Positions 13,498 to 29,960 of a DNA stretch of 64,000 bases are shown here, in pieces. The notes below the pieces were generated by a model. That model was not told the DNA's origin, searched no databases, and saw only the letters and a list, made by a program, of their open reading frames with translations. The position numbers were made by a program, and so were the translations under genes. The stretch covers positions 61,442,001 to 61,506,000 of the forward strand of contig OX597827.1 of the NCBI GenBank assembly GCA_951406725.2, written 5' to 3'. This stretch comes from Octopus vulgaris. Taxonomy: Eukaryota. How positions within the stretch are numbered: the first letter of the stretch is position 1; each line of letters starts with the position of its first letter.

Positions 13498-14081
13498 TTT
13501 TGTGTGTGTATGCATGCATGTATGTGTGTGTGGTGGAAGTACTTATATGTATGCTAGCTTGAATGAAGTAGTGAGCAATGTTGTCAGTATTTTGTGTTGA
13601 CAAATACCCCACTCACTTTGTATCTCCGGATCCATGTAGAATAGGAGACCATGTACTTGGAAAACAGGTAAGGGTTAGCATCAGGAAGGGCATCCAGTTG
13701 TAAAAGAATGTCTCAAATAACACATTCATCTAACCCATGCAAGCACAGAAAAACGTACATTGAAATATTGGAATGAATGTACATATGTACATATGTAAGG
13801 ATGTGTGTGTGCACATGTATGTATATATCATCATCATTATCATTGTTTAACGTCTTCTTTCCATGCTGGCATGGGTTGGATGGTTTGACAAAATAGACTG
13901 CACCAGACAGTGTATGTGTGTGCGTGTGTGTGTGTGTGTGAGTGTGAGTGTGTGTGTGCATGTGTGTGTGTATGTATGTGTATGTGTGTGTGTAATACAT
14001 ATAGATAGATAGATAAATAGATAGATATTGCAATATATACATGTAACATATATATATATACATACATATAAACACACACAC

Positions 14082-14188
<107 letters not shown>

Positions 14189-14380
14189 GAGAAGGAAGAA
14201 AGTGAAAGAAAGAGAGAGGAGAAAAACAAATACTAGAAAAGACAGATATTTATATATACATACACACACAGACACTCATGCATACATGCAAACATACACA
14301 TATTTTTGTACTTAAAATTATGTGTATATTTACATATACATATTTACATGCACATATATACGTACATATATATCTATATT

Positions 14381-14419
<39 letters not shown>

Positions 14420-14596
14420 ATATATATATATGTATTCTACCAAATATATACATTTTATTTAATATTTTACACATTACTTAATCATTGTTATATGTTTTAT
14501 CTTATATTTAATCTTTCTATAATATGTAATTTTTTTAAATGGTATAATTTAATTTTTCATTATTGAATTGATAAAAGGTGGGTTTTTTTTCTAATT

Positions 14597-14661
<65 letters not shown>

Positions 14662-14723
14662 GAAATTTGTGAAATTTGTGAAATTTGAATTTTTCCCTGT
14701 AAGTTTGAAATAATATTCCCTCA

Positions 14724-14795
<72 letters not shown>

Positions 14796-14838
14796 TATTA
14801 TTATTATTATTATTATCATCATTATTATTATATACATA

Positions 14839-14919
<81 letters not shown>

Positions 14920-15599
14920 GTGTGGTGGGGTGAAGACATGTATATGCACAGAAAAACACAGACAAATATACATGTACACTTGCATATAAGTAAATGAATG
15001 AATACTTTAGAAAATTACAGAACCACAGTCATGATGGAGATGTATAAGAAATATAAATAATGAGATTAGAGGTGACAGCTTCATGGGGTGGGGCAGAGGA
15101 TTTTCTAATAAAATTAATGAAACCAGAATTCTGGTTTGGTAAAGATAACAAATGTTTTGGAATAAGAAGATGCAATTTTTCAGGCGGGCCATGGTTGGTG
15201 TGGAAAAGAGGAGATGATGCAGAGATATTATCAGGGATTCTGTTGGTTTTATGTATATATATTTGCATGTGTGTTTGTAAATACACATACATATATAAAT
15301 AAATATATATATACACCATGATATACATATTTATGTAAATACATGTATATGTTTATATATATACACACACACACATAGATATACATACATGTGTGTGCAC
15401 ATACATATGAATATGTACTTAAAGATATATTTCTCTGTATTTTGTATACCTTTGTATCCATATATATACACTCACACACACACATATATACATATATATA
15501 CACATATATATAAATATATATATATATATATACACATATATATACATATACATATACATACATACATAGATATAGATAGATAGATATATACATACATAT

Positions 15600-15646
<47 letters not shown>

Positions 15647-15655
15647 ATTGCAGTA

Positions 15656-15739
<84 letters not shown>

Positions 15740-16175
15740 GGAAAATAAAAGATGAAGACAGGTGAGGAAACAACAAGCATGTGTATTAATTTGACACTCG
15801 GGAAGAATGGAAAAGTCATTGACGTTTCGAACCTATACTCTTTGATGCCTTGTTAATCTATAAAGTGTACATATATATATACACACATATATATATATAT
15901 ATATATATGTGTGTATATGAATATATATATATTTATATCTACATACACACACACACCCACACACACACATATATATATTTATAACTATTGCAGCGTGGAA
16001 GGTGTTTATAAGCTATTTAAGAAACACACAAAACTGTTAGATTCACTTTAACATTTAAACATTAAATTGTTTTGTGTGTTTCTTAAATGGCTTATAAACA
16101 CCTTCCACGCTACAATTGTTTTCGTTCTAGCACACGATCTCAGATCAAGTCACTCGCTATGCAAGTACATCTCCG

Positions 16176-16294
<119 letters not shown>

Positions 16295-16389
16295 TATATT
16301 TATATTTATATATTTAAAGATATATATATATATATATATAAATATGTATAATATCATTCAAAACATATAGTATTATATATCCATCATGA

Positions 16390-16478
16390 CCTATCTTACC
16401 AGTTGGTTTCACGCAAGGAATGCAATGGAGTGTTAGGTAACAATCTGATTATATAACTTTATGCTCATCAGAGTTAGC
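16390..16478 (-). ncRNA. Hammerhead motif at the 3' end of a PLE RT remnant
   Basis: Minus strand GCTAACT-CTGATGA-GCATAAAG...CCTTGCGT-GAAAC-CAACTG-GTA-AGATAG, directly downstream of the PLE RT fragment. Confidence 0.6.
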
Positions 16479-16479
16479 C

Positions 16480-17600
16480 AATAGGGAAGAGAATATGGTG
16501 ACCGCTCTCTATTGTTGGAGGTAGATTAATGCAACCGGTCTACGTCTGCTTTGCAAAAAGGGTGGTGAAACAATAAAGGGCATGTTGCAGTGGCCATTCA
16601 GCAGACAAGTTGTGTTACCTCTGCATGAGTACCCTGCCTCTACCTCAGGTGCAGGACTACCTACTAAAATCTAAAGGATAGTCTCAGGATATGTCTATTA
16701 AATATTTTATTGAATCTATTAGTACGAGAGAACTGCCTGTCAACTAAACTAAGGAAGATCTCACCTACTTTTGTCTTAACATTTAAAGAGAAGGGTCGAG
16801 TAACCCACAGCATTTTTAAGTGGTACTTTCTCTTGTGGGGGATGTTCCAGCATGTAACTAATACTATCCTTGAAACCGCTGGCAGCCAGAGCCCAGTTGT
16901 AGTACAGGGTGGCAACATCAAAGATCACTTTGCTTGAAGATAAGCTGGAGATTCTCCTGCTGATACCCTTAACCAGGTTCCTAAACACTATGGCTGGATG
17001 GCAGGAACCTATGTTAATGAAAGACAGCTTCTCATTTGGTTTCCTAAAGGGCCTATAGGCACCAAATTTCAGGTCCAGGGTCACATCAGATAAATCTATC
17101 ATTCTCAGGTTGGTCTTTATTATGACCTTCAGTCCAAGGGAGTTCATGGTGCTTGTGAGGTCCTTTCTGAGCCTATCTAGCATGTGACCATTGGCCCCTC
17201 TTGATACTGCCAGTGCATCATCTCTGTAGAGTCCAAAGCTAGTTTAAGGGAATTTCTTTTTAAGGATAAAGAGACTGACTAGGTCACATATCTCAGCACT
17301 ATTGAATGCACCTATTGTCACGTCAAAAGAGCCCTCTGTGTCAGTACATTTGGGGTCAAGCCAACCCTTACTGAAGAGTAGGGTTCTTCTGACATGTATG
17401 ATAATGTGTATGTCCTCATCATTGACTTCAGTGTGTGCCTTGGCAAAGTCCACTTCCTTTAACAGGAGTCTCCTTAATATATCCCCTATATCAAATTGGG
17501 CAAACCTAGCTCTACCCTTACTGCTATTGGCCTTAAATCATGTAATGATCTCATTGGTGTTTAGATTATTGTACTTGTTTAGATTTTGGATGTGAATACA
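16480..17600 (-). mobile_element. Penelope-like element reverse transcriptase remnant (Naiad-like)
   Basis: FDVTIGAFNSAEICDLV, GLYRDDAL, DVTLDL...YRPFRKPNEKL, FSLNVKTKVGEIFLSLVD...KIFNRH. Frameshifted; hammerhead at its 3' end. Confidence 0.8.
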
Positions 17601-17629
17601 CAAATTTACTTGTGTATACTTCGATATTT

Positions 17630-18014
17630 ATGTGTGGTAAGTAGCTTGCTTACCAACCACATGGTTCTGGGTTCAGTCCCACTGCGTGGCACCCTGGGCA
17701 AGTTTCTTCTACTATAGCCTCGGGCCAACCAAAGCCTTGTGAGTGGATTTGGTAGACGGAAACTGAAAGAAGCCTGTCGTATATATGTATATGCATATAT
17801 ATGTGTGTGTGTGTGTGTGTTTGTCCCACCAACATCGTTTGACAACCGATGATGGTGTGTTTACGTCCCAGTAACCTAGCGGTTCGGTAAAAGAGACCGA
17901 TAGAATAAGTACTAGGCTTACAAAGAATAAGTCCTGGGGTCGATTTGCAAGACTAAAGGCAGTGCTTCAGCATGGCCGCAGTCAAATACTGAAACAAGTA
18001 AAAGAGTAAAAGAG

Positions 18015-18016
<2 letters not shown>
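17630..18016 (+). mobile_element. SINE family 1 copy
   Basis: Same head, body and tail as 2683-3080. Confidence 0.88.
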
Positions 18017-18058
<42 letters not shown>

Positions 18059-18237
18059 CTAAAAATAAGGGTGTCTGAGAGACACCACCATGCCGAAATA
18101 GCAGTCAAAACCCTGACTTTAAAAGCCACATTAAATGTTCATATCGTACCATGAGACAAGACATATATAATGTAAGTTTATATATATATCAATCATCATT
18201 TAATGTCTACTCTCTATGTTAAATATATATGTGTATG

Positions 18238-18289
<52 letters not shown>

Positions 18290-18325
18290 TTAATAAGGGT
18301 GAGAGAATTAGATACTAATTTAATA

Positions 18326-18381
<56 letters not shown>

Positions 18382-18690
18382 ATGTATGTTTGTTGTATGC
18401 AGGGAACATACACACTCACACCACACTAGCATGTATATGCTCAACACGCGTGGTTACAGGTATTGCACAAATGAGTAAGTGACAACTCATCCTAACATAC
18501 ACACCCAACAGAAGCGCGTAAGAAATATGACTTATCGGGCGTTTTGAAGTATTACTAAAGGCAGCGATGAAGAAGATGGCAATAATGATGATGATGATGA
18601 TGATGATGATGATGGTGATGATGGTGATGATGATGATGATGACATCATCAGGAATCTCTGAATTAACATTAAACAACAACTACTACAACA

Positions 18691-18722
<32 letters not shown>

Positions 18723-18869
18723 AACAAATATGGCAGCAACAAGAGTCAAAGCTTTCATGCAGTCTCCCGGAACAAAATATTTGTTTAGCTTGTTATAATG
18801 AAGTACCCCGTTGTTTGACCAATAGCATATATTTGTAGGAGTGTCTGTGTGTGGGAGGTAATAATTAAA

Positions 18870-18942
<73 letters not shown>

Positions 18943-19055
18943 CACACACACATACACACATATGCAAACACATACTTATGTGTAAGTGTATTTATACATG
19001 TATATATATATATATGTTTGTATTTATATATATGTGTGTATGTGTATAAACATAC

Positions 19056-19101
<46 letters not shown>

Positions 19102-19406
19102 ATATATATATATATATCATATATATACATACATATATTTTCATATGTACTTATATATACATATGTATACATACATATATGTATGTATGCATATATATTC
19201 ACATACACACATATATATATATATTTACACAGTTGCATACATATACATCCATACATATATGTATGTATATATATATATATATATATTTATTTATTTATAT
19301 AGGTATATATATATACACACACACACATGCACATACACACACATATATATGTTTATATATATAAAATAGGTATTTGTATATTTCTCATACACATAATCTC
19401 AGACAT

Positions 19407-19443
<37 letters not shown>

Positions 19444-19798
19444 TTTGTTTACACATTCTTGTATCCTTTTATTCTTTTACACATTTCAGTCATTTGACCG
19501 TAGCCATGCTGGAGCACTGTCTTAAAGTGTTTTAGTGAATGAAATCGACCCCAGAACTTATTCTTTGTAAGCCCAGTATTTATTCTATCATTCTCTTTTG
19601 CACATATAAACACACCAACATCATTTGTCAAGTGATGGTGGGAGAACAAGCACAGACACAAAGACACACACACATATATATTATACATACAGATATAGGA
19701 GTGGTTGGCGTTAGGAAGGGCACCCAGCTGTGGAAACAGACTGGGCCTGGTGCAGCCTTATGGCTTCCCAGATCCCAGCGGACGTTAAACGATGATGA

Positions 19799-19851
<53 letters not shown>

Positions 19852-19860
19852 TACATATAT

Positions 19861-20162
19861 GTTTGTTCCTTCTTGAGCCATGCCTGGCTCATAAGGGCTG
19901 GTTTCCCAGTTTCCTTGGCATATAGGTCCCCCACCTGGACACGACGTCAATTCATCGCACGTGAGCTGCAAGATGCAGGAGGAAAGAGTGAGAGAAAGTT
20001 TTGGCGAAAGAGTCAGCAGAAGTTCGCCATTACCTTCTGCTGGAGATGCGTGGAGCTTAGGTGTTTGCTCATAAATATACACATTGCCTGGTCTGAGATC
20101 CAAACCCGCAATCCCTCAACCACGAATCCACTGCTCTAACCACTAGGCCATGTGCCTCCACA
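19861..20162 (-). mobile_element. SINE family 3 copy (tRNA-derived)
   Basis: Minus-strand head GTGGAGGCACATGGCCTAGTGGTTAGAGCAG, homologous to 21138 and 52471 but with a different 3' tail. Confidence 0.8.
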
Positions 20163-20206
20163 TATATATTTTTTGCATCTAGTTCAGCAGATTGCATTCA
20201 TATCGG

Positions 20207-20271
20207 CCATGCTGACGAAGACTACAGGTATCCTTACAGATAATAATAGTCGAAACTGATTCAGTACATGG
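20207..20271 (+). ncRNA. Type I hammerhead ribozyme motif, apparently intact
   Basis: CCATG-CTGACGA-A-GACTA(22-nt loop)TAGTC-GAAA-CTG(ATT)CAG-TA-CATGG. Helix I CCATG/CATGG, helix II GACTA/TAGTC, short helix III, GUA cleavage triplet (cut after 20266). Confidence 0.8.
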
Positions 20272-20421
20272 ATGAGTATTGTTTTTCGTATATTTTCACT
20301 TGTTTATTGCTTGGGTTGGTGTTGAGTTTGATCTGAGAACATAATCTTTTGTGGAGAATGGCGATTTGACATCTATATCTAGCATGTTGACTGTCCACTT
20401 TTTCGTTTTCAGTCCTTAATT

Positions 20422-20473
<52 letters not shown>

Positions 20474-20557
20474 CTTAATCATATCGAAATTAATAGAAAT
20501 TTTCACTTCCAATGGCCTAGCATGTAAAAATTTAGTCTAAAGACTATGTATTACTCA

Positions 20558-20850
20558 TAAAATACAGTGTACATTTAAACACATAAGGAATCCACTTGTG
20601 GTATTCAACACGCTAGAAAGAACAGCTAGGTTCTATTACCACAAAATTCGGGATAAAATCCCGACAGCGACGAAATGAAAAATAAAAAATTAAAATATGC
20701 AGGAAACTAGATGGTAAAAGTTTTTATTTTTCATTTCATTCCTGTCGGGATTTTATCCCTAATTTTGTGGTAATAGAACCTAGCTGTTCTTTCTAGCGTG
20801 TTGAATCCCACAAGTGGATTCCTTATGTGTTTAAATGTACACTGTATTTT
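20558..20850. repeat. Foldback inverted repeat, about 130-bp arms with about 30-bp spacer
   Basis: AAAATACAGTGTACATTTAAACACATAAGGAATCCAC... (20558-20691) is the near-perfect reverse complement of 20720-20850. Confidence 0.9.
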
Positions 20851-20854
20851 TTAT

Positions 20855-20888
<34 letters not shown>

Positions 20889-21137
20889 GAAAAAACAAGT
20901 CAAAATAGAAAATGCTAAAATAATTTTATAAAGAACATTTCAGTACTGGTTTCAGTCATTTTGAGACCTTTTCAATTGTAACGATTAAATAATTAAATTT
21001 AGAAAAATTAAAAGAAAAGTTTTTTTAAAGGAATATTTGTATAGTGTTCAAATATAAGTGGCATTCTGCCTTTCTCTGTCTCCCTTGTTTGCACTTGTGT
21101 GTTCGAGGCCGTTGTGTATATATATATATATATATAT

Positions 21138-21434
21138 GTGGAGGTGCAATGGCTCAGTGGTTAGGACAGCGGACTCGCAGTCGTAGGATCGCGGTTTCGA
21201 TTCCAAGACCAGGCGTTGTGTGTGTTTATTGAGTGAAAACACCTAAAAAAGCTCCACGAAGCTCCAGCAGGGGGTGGTGATCCCTGCAGTACTCTTTCAC
21301 CACTCTTTCTCTCTGTCTTCTGTTGGCCTGCTCGCTTAGCCAGCAGGTTGACGTCGTTCAAAGGCTAAAACAATGCGAAAGCATTGTGACCAGCGATGTG
21401 TAGCAACATCTGATGGTCTGGTCGGTCACGTGAT

Positions 21435-21441
<7 letters not shown>
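21138..21441 (+). mobile_element. SINE family 3 copy (tRNA-Arg-like head)
   Basis: GGAGGTGCAATGGCTCAGTGGTTAGGACAGCGGACTCGCAGTC...GGTTTCGATTCC, homologous to 52471-52853. Confidence 0.8.
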
Positions 21442-21488
<47 letters not shown>

Positions 21489-22264
21489 AAAGGAAGAAAA
21501 TGGAATAATTGACATGCAAGTATCAGTTTATTCAAAAATATTAACAGTGATATATTTTCTACTCAAGATACAAGGGCCAAAATTTTTGGGGAGGGAGCGA
21601 TTCGATTACATTGAGCCCAGTACGCAACTGGTACTTAATTTATCGATCCTGAAAGGATGAAAGACGAAGTCGACCTCAGTGGAATTTGAACTCAGAGCAT
21701 AAAGACAGATGAAATACCGCTAAGCAATTCGCTCAGCTTGCTAATGTTTCTGTCAGCTCACCACCTTTTAAAATTCATATAAGGAAATTCCTGACATTTC
21801 CATATCCAATTAGTTCAATTACAGAAATTAAAATAAATTGAATTGATTTAAATTTTCATATTGAAGCTGGTTAATTGGGTATTTCATCAGGGGAGAATTT
21901 TCTCAAAAGTGAGTAACATTTCAGCATATTGTTTGACCCACAACAGACTCAGATGTGTGCATTTTTGAATGTGTGCATATAAACCGGAGAACTAGGATGC
22001 TAGCATCCCTTTTAAGGATTATAGGTCCTAGACACAATTAAATTATATGTATATGACAGGCTTCTTTCAGTTTCCATCTACAACATTCAGTCACAAGGCT
22101 TTTGTCATCATAATGCTATAATAGAAGACACTTGACCAAGGTCCCATGCAGTGAGACTGAACCTGCAACCATATGGTTGGGAAGCAATCTTCCTACCACA
22201 CAGCCACATCTGCACCAGACTTCTTACCATGCAGCTGTCCCTGTGCCTGTGGCATGTAAAAAGC

Positions 22265-22555
22265 ACCAACACTGAACACCTTTTTGATCTCCATGTGTCT
22301 AACACACGTGGACATGCCTACAAAGTCAGAAAACAACACAGCTCCCATGACTTTCGGAAACATTTCTTCACGCTCAGAGTTGCTGAAGCATGGAATAAAC
22401 TGCCTGCGTCAGTTGTTGACTGCCATGACACTGAATCCTTTAAGGCCCTCATGCTTTCCGAAATCCGTCGAAACTACACCTGATTATATATGCACTTTAG
22501 ATGAGTTGTAGTGCACCTGAGCACTGTACACAATGTTTATTATTATTATTATTAT
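22265..22555 (+). mobile_element. CR1-group LINE 3' end
   Basis: NTRGHAYKVRKQ...RKHFFTLRVAEAWNKLP plus (ATT)n tail. Near-identical inverted copy inside 23890-24440. Confidence 0.85.
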
Positions 22556-23363
22556 TCAAACATGGTCAATGCCAGTGCTGCCTGACTGGCTCTCGTGCCA
22601 GTGACATGTAAAAAGCACCGACTACACTCTCAGAGTGGTTGGTGTTAGGAAGGGCATCCAGCTGTAGAAACCTTGCCAGATCAGATGGAGCCTGGTACAG
22701 CCTACTGGTTTGCTAGTCCTCCGTCAAACCATCCAACCCATGCTGGCATAGGAAGCAGATGCTAAACAATGATGATGATTGAGAGATCTTTGTCCTCATC
22801 TTGTTTGTAGTGAACACATTTCGGCTGATATTCCCTCCAGCCTTCATCAGGTGTCTTGAGGAAATTTCGAACCTGGGTTCTCATTCCTAATAACTGATGT
22901 CATTATATTCAATCCAGGCAGAAACGTTAGCACGCCGGGCGAAATGCTTTGCGGTATTTTGTCCGCCGCTGCGTTCTGAGTTCAAATTCCGCCGAGGTCG
23001 ACTTTGCCTTTCATCCTTTCAGGGTCGATAAATTAAGTACCAGTTACACACTGGGGTCGTTGTAATCGACTTAATTCGTTTGTCTGTCTTTGTTTGTCCC
23101 CTTTATGTTTAGCCCCTTGTGGGTAATAAGAAAACATATATTCAATCCAGGTGGTATTAGCTTTGAGTCTCTACATTTACAAGGAAAGTTAGAAGGTCTA
23201 AAAGATGAGCTAGTTTTTGATGGAGTTTCTCTATATGTCTCCACTGAAGTCTAATGTCGGCTCCGTACCAATTAGATAATACAGTTCTATATCTAAGAGA
23301 TGAGGAATTATGTACATTATTTACATTATTTACAATTTGAACCCAGGTTCGAAATTTCCCCAA

Positions 23364-23409
23364 GACACCTGATGAAGGCTGCAGGGTATATCAGCCGAAA
23401 CGTTATGTT
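23364..23409 (+). ncRNA. Minimal hammerhead motif of PLE type; decayed inverted copy near 22820-22856
   Basis: GACAC-CTGATGA-A-GGCTG(loop)CAGCC-GAAAC-GTT-ATGTT. Helix III is too short for a monomer (dimer type) and helix I has one mismatch. Confidence 0.6.
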
Positions 23410-23822
23410 AACAACAAACAGGATGAGGACAAATATCCGTCCATTGTAAATAATGTCAATAATGTACATAATTCCTCATCTCTTAAATATAGAACTGGAA
23501 TGCTAATGATGATGATGTTTGTAAGTATGTTTATATGTGTACACAGAGAAATAAGCTTATGTATTTCTTTAGATATAATACCTATGTATATTTATATATA
23601 TATATATGTGAGTATGTGCTATGTGCGGCCATGCTGGGATACAGCCTTGAAGGGTTTTTAGTTAAGCAAATTGACCCCAGGACTTTTTTTTTTTTGTAAT
23701 GCCTAGTACTTATTCTATGTTGCAAGGTCATAAACACACCAACACCAGCTGTCAAGCGGGGGAGGGGACAGACACAGACACAAAGACACACACGTAGATA
23801 TATATGTACATACATACATACC

Positions 23823-23864
<42 letters not shown>

Positions 23865-23875
23865 TATTATATATA

Positions 23876-23889
<14 letters not shown>

Positions 23890-23925
<36 letters not shown>

Positions 23926-24440
23926 TGTGTACAGTGCTCAGGTGCACTACAACTCATCTAAAGTATATGTATAATCAGGTGTAGTTTTGGCGGATTTCGG
24001 AAAGCATGAGGGCCTTAAAGGATGCAGTGTCATGGCAGTCAACAACTGACGCAGGCAGTTTATTCCATGCTTCAGCAACTCTGAGCATGAAAAAATGCTT
24101 CCGAAAATCATGGGAGCTGTGTTGTTTTCTGACTTTGTAGGCATGTCCACGTGTGTTAGACACATGGAGATCAAAAAGGTGTTCAGTATTGTTGTTGGTG
24201 AGGTGGTTGATAACCTTGTGGGTGTTTACCAAGTCCGTCGCCAGACGCCGGAGCTTCAGTGAATCCATGCCCAGGGAAACAAGGCGCTCAGAATATGGTA
24301 GGTGTCTGATGGAGGGTATGCGTTTGGTTGCACGTCTCTGGACAGATTCCAGGAGGTCAATGTTCTGAGCAAGATAGGGATTCCAAACTGATGATGCGAA
24401 TTCCAAGTGTGGTCGTACCATAGCTGTATACAGTTTTAAA
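23890..24440 (-). mobile_element. CR1-group LINE 3' end (ORF2 C-terminus)
   Basis: LYTAMVRPHLEFASSVWNPY...LESVQRRATK...YSERL...RRLATDL...TRGH...WNKLP plus (ATT)n tail. Confidence 0.9.
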
Positions 24441-24774
24441 TAGATGCGTGTGTATCTTTGTATCTGTGTTTGCCCCCTCATCTTCACTTGACAACCGATG
24501 TTGGTGTATTTACGTCCCCGTAACTTAGTGGTTCGGCAAAGCAGACCGATAGAATAAGTACTAGACTTACAAAAAATAAGTCCTGGGGTCGATGGCCGCA
24601 GTCAAATGATTGGAGTATGTAAAAGAATAAATGAAAAGGGAATACACACACACACGCTCGCGCGCGCGCGATTACGTATGTACATTGCTAAAAATTGTTA
24701 TCCAAGGGACACAACTTATACTAAGCACACTTCTGCCAGCTACGTTTGCACTCCTTTACCTTTTTGATATACAT

Positions 24775-27272
<2,498 letters not shown>

Positions 27273-27429
27273 AATCTAGACAGATTTTTTTCTACCCCAT
27301 ATAAAACTTTGAATTTAACTTGGAGGAATGACATTTCCTGGGATGAATAAATGACAACATAATTATTGCCTCCACATGGGAACAAAACTTTTTTGCAGCT
27401 GCTGCAACCTCCGCCCTTTTGATTTTGCG

Positions 27430-27900
27430 TGTCACACATGCAATGCAGGTCTTCAAACTGTTGACACTCGAGTGTGGTGAAGCATTAGTCCCTGCTTAAA
27501 GTATGCTCCATAAAAAGTAATCAAAAATGTTGAGATCTGGGATATTACTGGGCCAGATGTTGGCCCTCGCAAAAGCTGACATCTTCTCACCGAGGAAGTC
27601 CTGTGTTGTTTTTGACCCATGACATGGAGCAGAATCCTGGCTAAGCACCACATTGTCAAGCCCAAACTTCTGCTCCATCTAAGGTAACATAGAGTTCTTC
27701 AGGATATCCAGATACTCCTTTGTGCCAATCTTCAAGCCAGACTAAATGAAGTGTGGATCCATGACACTTCCATTACTCACCACGGCTCTAAATAACATCA
27801 CAGAGGTAGGATTCTTAGTCTCAAACAAGGGGGAACATCAGAAGGGTCGTATGCAATCACTCAAATATTTCTGCAATTCACCTCAGCAACAACAGTGAAC
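27430..27900 (-). mobile_element. DD37D (maT / Bmmar1-like) transposase remnant
   Basis: QDSAPCH...WPSNIPDLNIFDY with 37 residues between the 2nd and 3rd catalytic Asp (counted by hand). Confidence 0.8.
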
Positions 27901-28014
27901 AGAGAATAGATGCACTCATATATCTGTCAGTTGAGTGGGTATATTATCCGAAATGCATAGTATTAAATATCCATCACAGCTCATCTTGCTAATCAGTTTC
28001 GCCCTTCCAAATCA

Positions 28015-28104
28015 GCTAACTCTGATGAGTGTAAAGTTATATAATCGGATTGTTACCTGAAACTCCATTCTATTCTCTACATGAAACTGATTGGTAAGAT
28101 TAGC
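28015..28104 (+). ncRNA. Hammerhead motif, same family as 16390-16478
   Basis: GCTAACT-CTGATGA-GTGTA...TACAT-GAAAC-TGATTG-GTA-AGATTAGC. Preceded by an inverted partial copy of its own 3' flank (27954-28001). Confidence 0.6.
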
Positions 28105-28191
28105 CATGATGGATATTTAATACTATATGCACACACACACACACATTTATTTTGGTTCTTCAGTGCCAATATCTTTGCAGAGGAGAGAAAG

Positions 28192-28800
<609 letters not shown>

Positions 28801-28964
28801 TTAGCACATGATTTCACATCAAGAATCCTGCAAAAACAAATTCATAAACGAAAGAAATATTGTTGAAATTTTATTAAATGCTTTATTTGAAATGCTGAAA
28901 TTCCAACATAGATTTATTTTTCAATAATGTTCGTTATTACACATACAACAGATTAGCAAATTAT

Positions 28965-28995
<31 letters not shown>

Positions 28996-29384
28996 GGATA
29001 ATTTACAAAAGCAAAAATGAGGAAAAAAAATGGACTTTGGAGGAAGAAGGAGGAGAAATGACACCAAATTTTTTATTTTATAATAATATATCGAAAATAT
29101 TTTTTTAATAAAATTCATAATTTTTTTTCAGATCAACAAGCAATAAATTTCATCCAAATGAATGAAGGTTAAAAAATTATGGAATATAAAACATTAGGAA
29201 GTTTACATGTATGTGACTGTAATTTTTCAAGAATATAAAAATTGAGCATGTATTTGTTTTAACAAGAGAATGGAATATAGTGTTTATGTAGTTCAATTTC
29301 ATACATCAAATTTTTCTCTTATTACAGTAGTAATAGTAATAATAGTTATAATAGATTAATAATAATGAAGATGATAACAATTAT

Positions 29385-29960
29385 TTCAAATTTTTGCCAT
29401 AAGGGTAGCTTGAGGGAGGTGGGAATGAGTTGATTACATTGACCCCAGTGTTTAACTGGTAGTAATTTTATTGCCCTGGAAAGGATGAAAGGCAACGTCA
29501 GCCTCGGTAGAATTTGAACTCAGAATGTAGCAATAGGTGAAATACCTATTTCTTCACTGCCCACAAGGGGCTACACACAAAGGGGACAAACAAGGACAGA
29601 CAAACAGATTAAGTCGATTATATCGACTCCAGTGCGTAACTGGTACTTATTTAATTGACCCCGAAAGGATGAAAGGCAAAGTTGACTTCGGTGGAGTTTG
29701 AACTCAGAATGTAGCAACAGGTGAAATACCTATTTCTTTACTGCCCGCAAGGGGCTACACACAGAGGGGACAAACAAGGACAGACAAAGGGATTAAGTCG
29801 ATTATGTCGACCCCAGTGCGTAACTAGTACTTATTTAATCGACCCCGAAAGGATGAAAGGCAAAGTCGACCTCGGCGGAATTGGAACTCAGAACGTAGCG
29901 ACAGACGAAATACTGCTAAGCATTTCGCCCAGCATGCTAACAATTCTGCCAGCTCATTGT
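29385..29960 (-). mobile_element. SINE family 2, tandem multimer
   Basis: Repeated block GACCCCGAAAGGATGAAAGGCAAAGTCGACCTCGGCGGAATTTGAACTCAGAAC; minus-strand head GAGCTGGCAGAA...TTAGCA. Confidence 0.85.

Noticed and set aside
21138-21215. Functional tRNA-Arg genes at SINE heads (also 52471, 12731, 53110)
   Set aside because: Cloverleaf is imperfect and each head continues into a shared SINE body.
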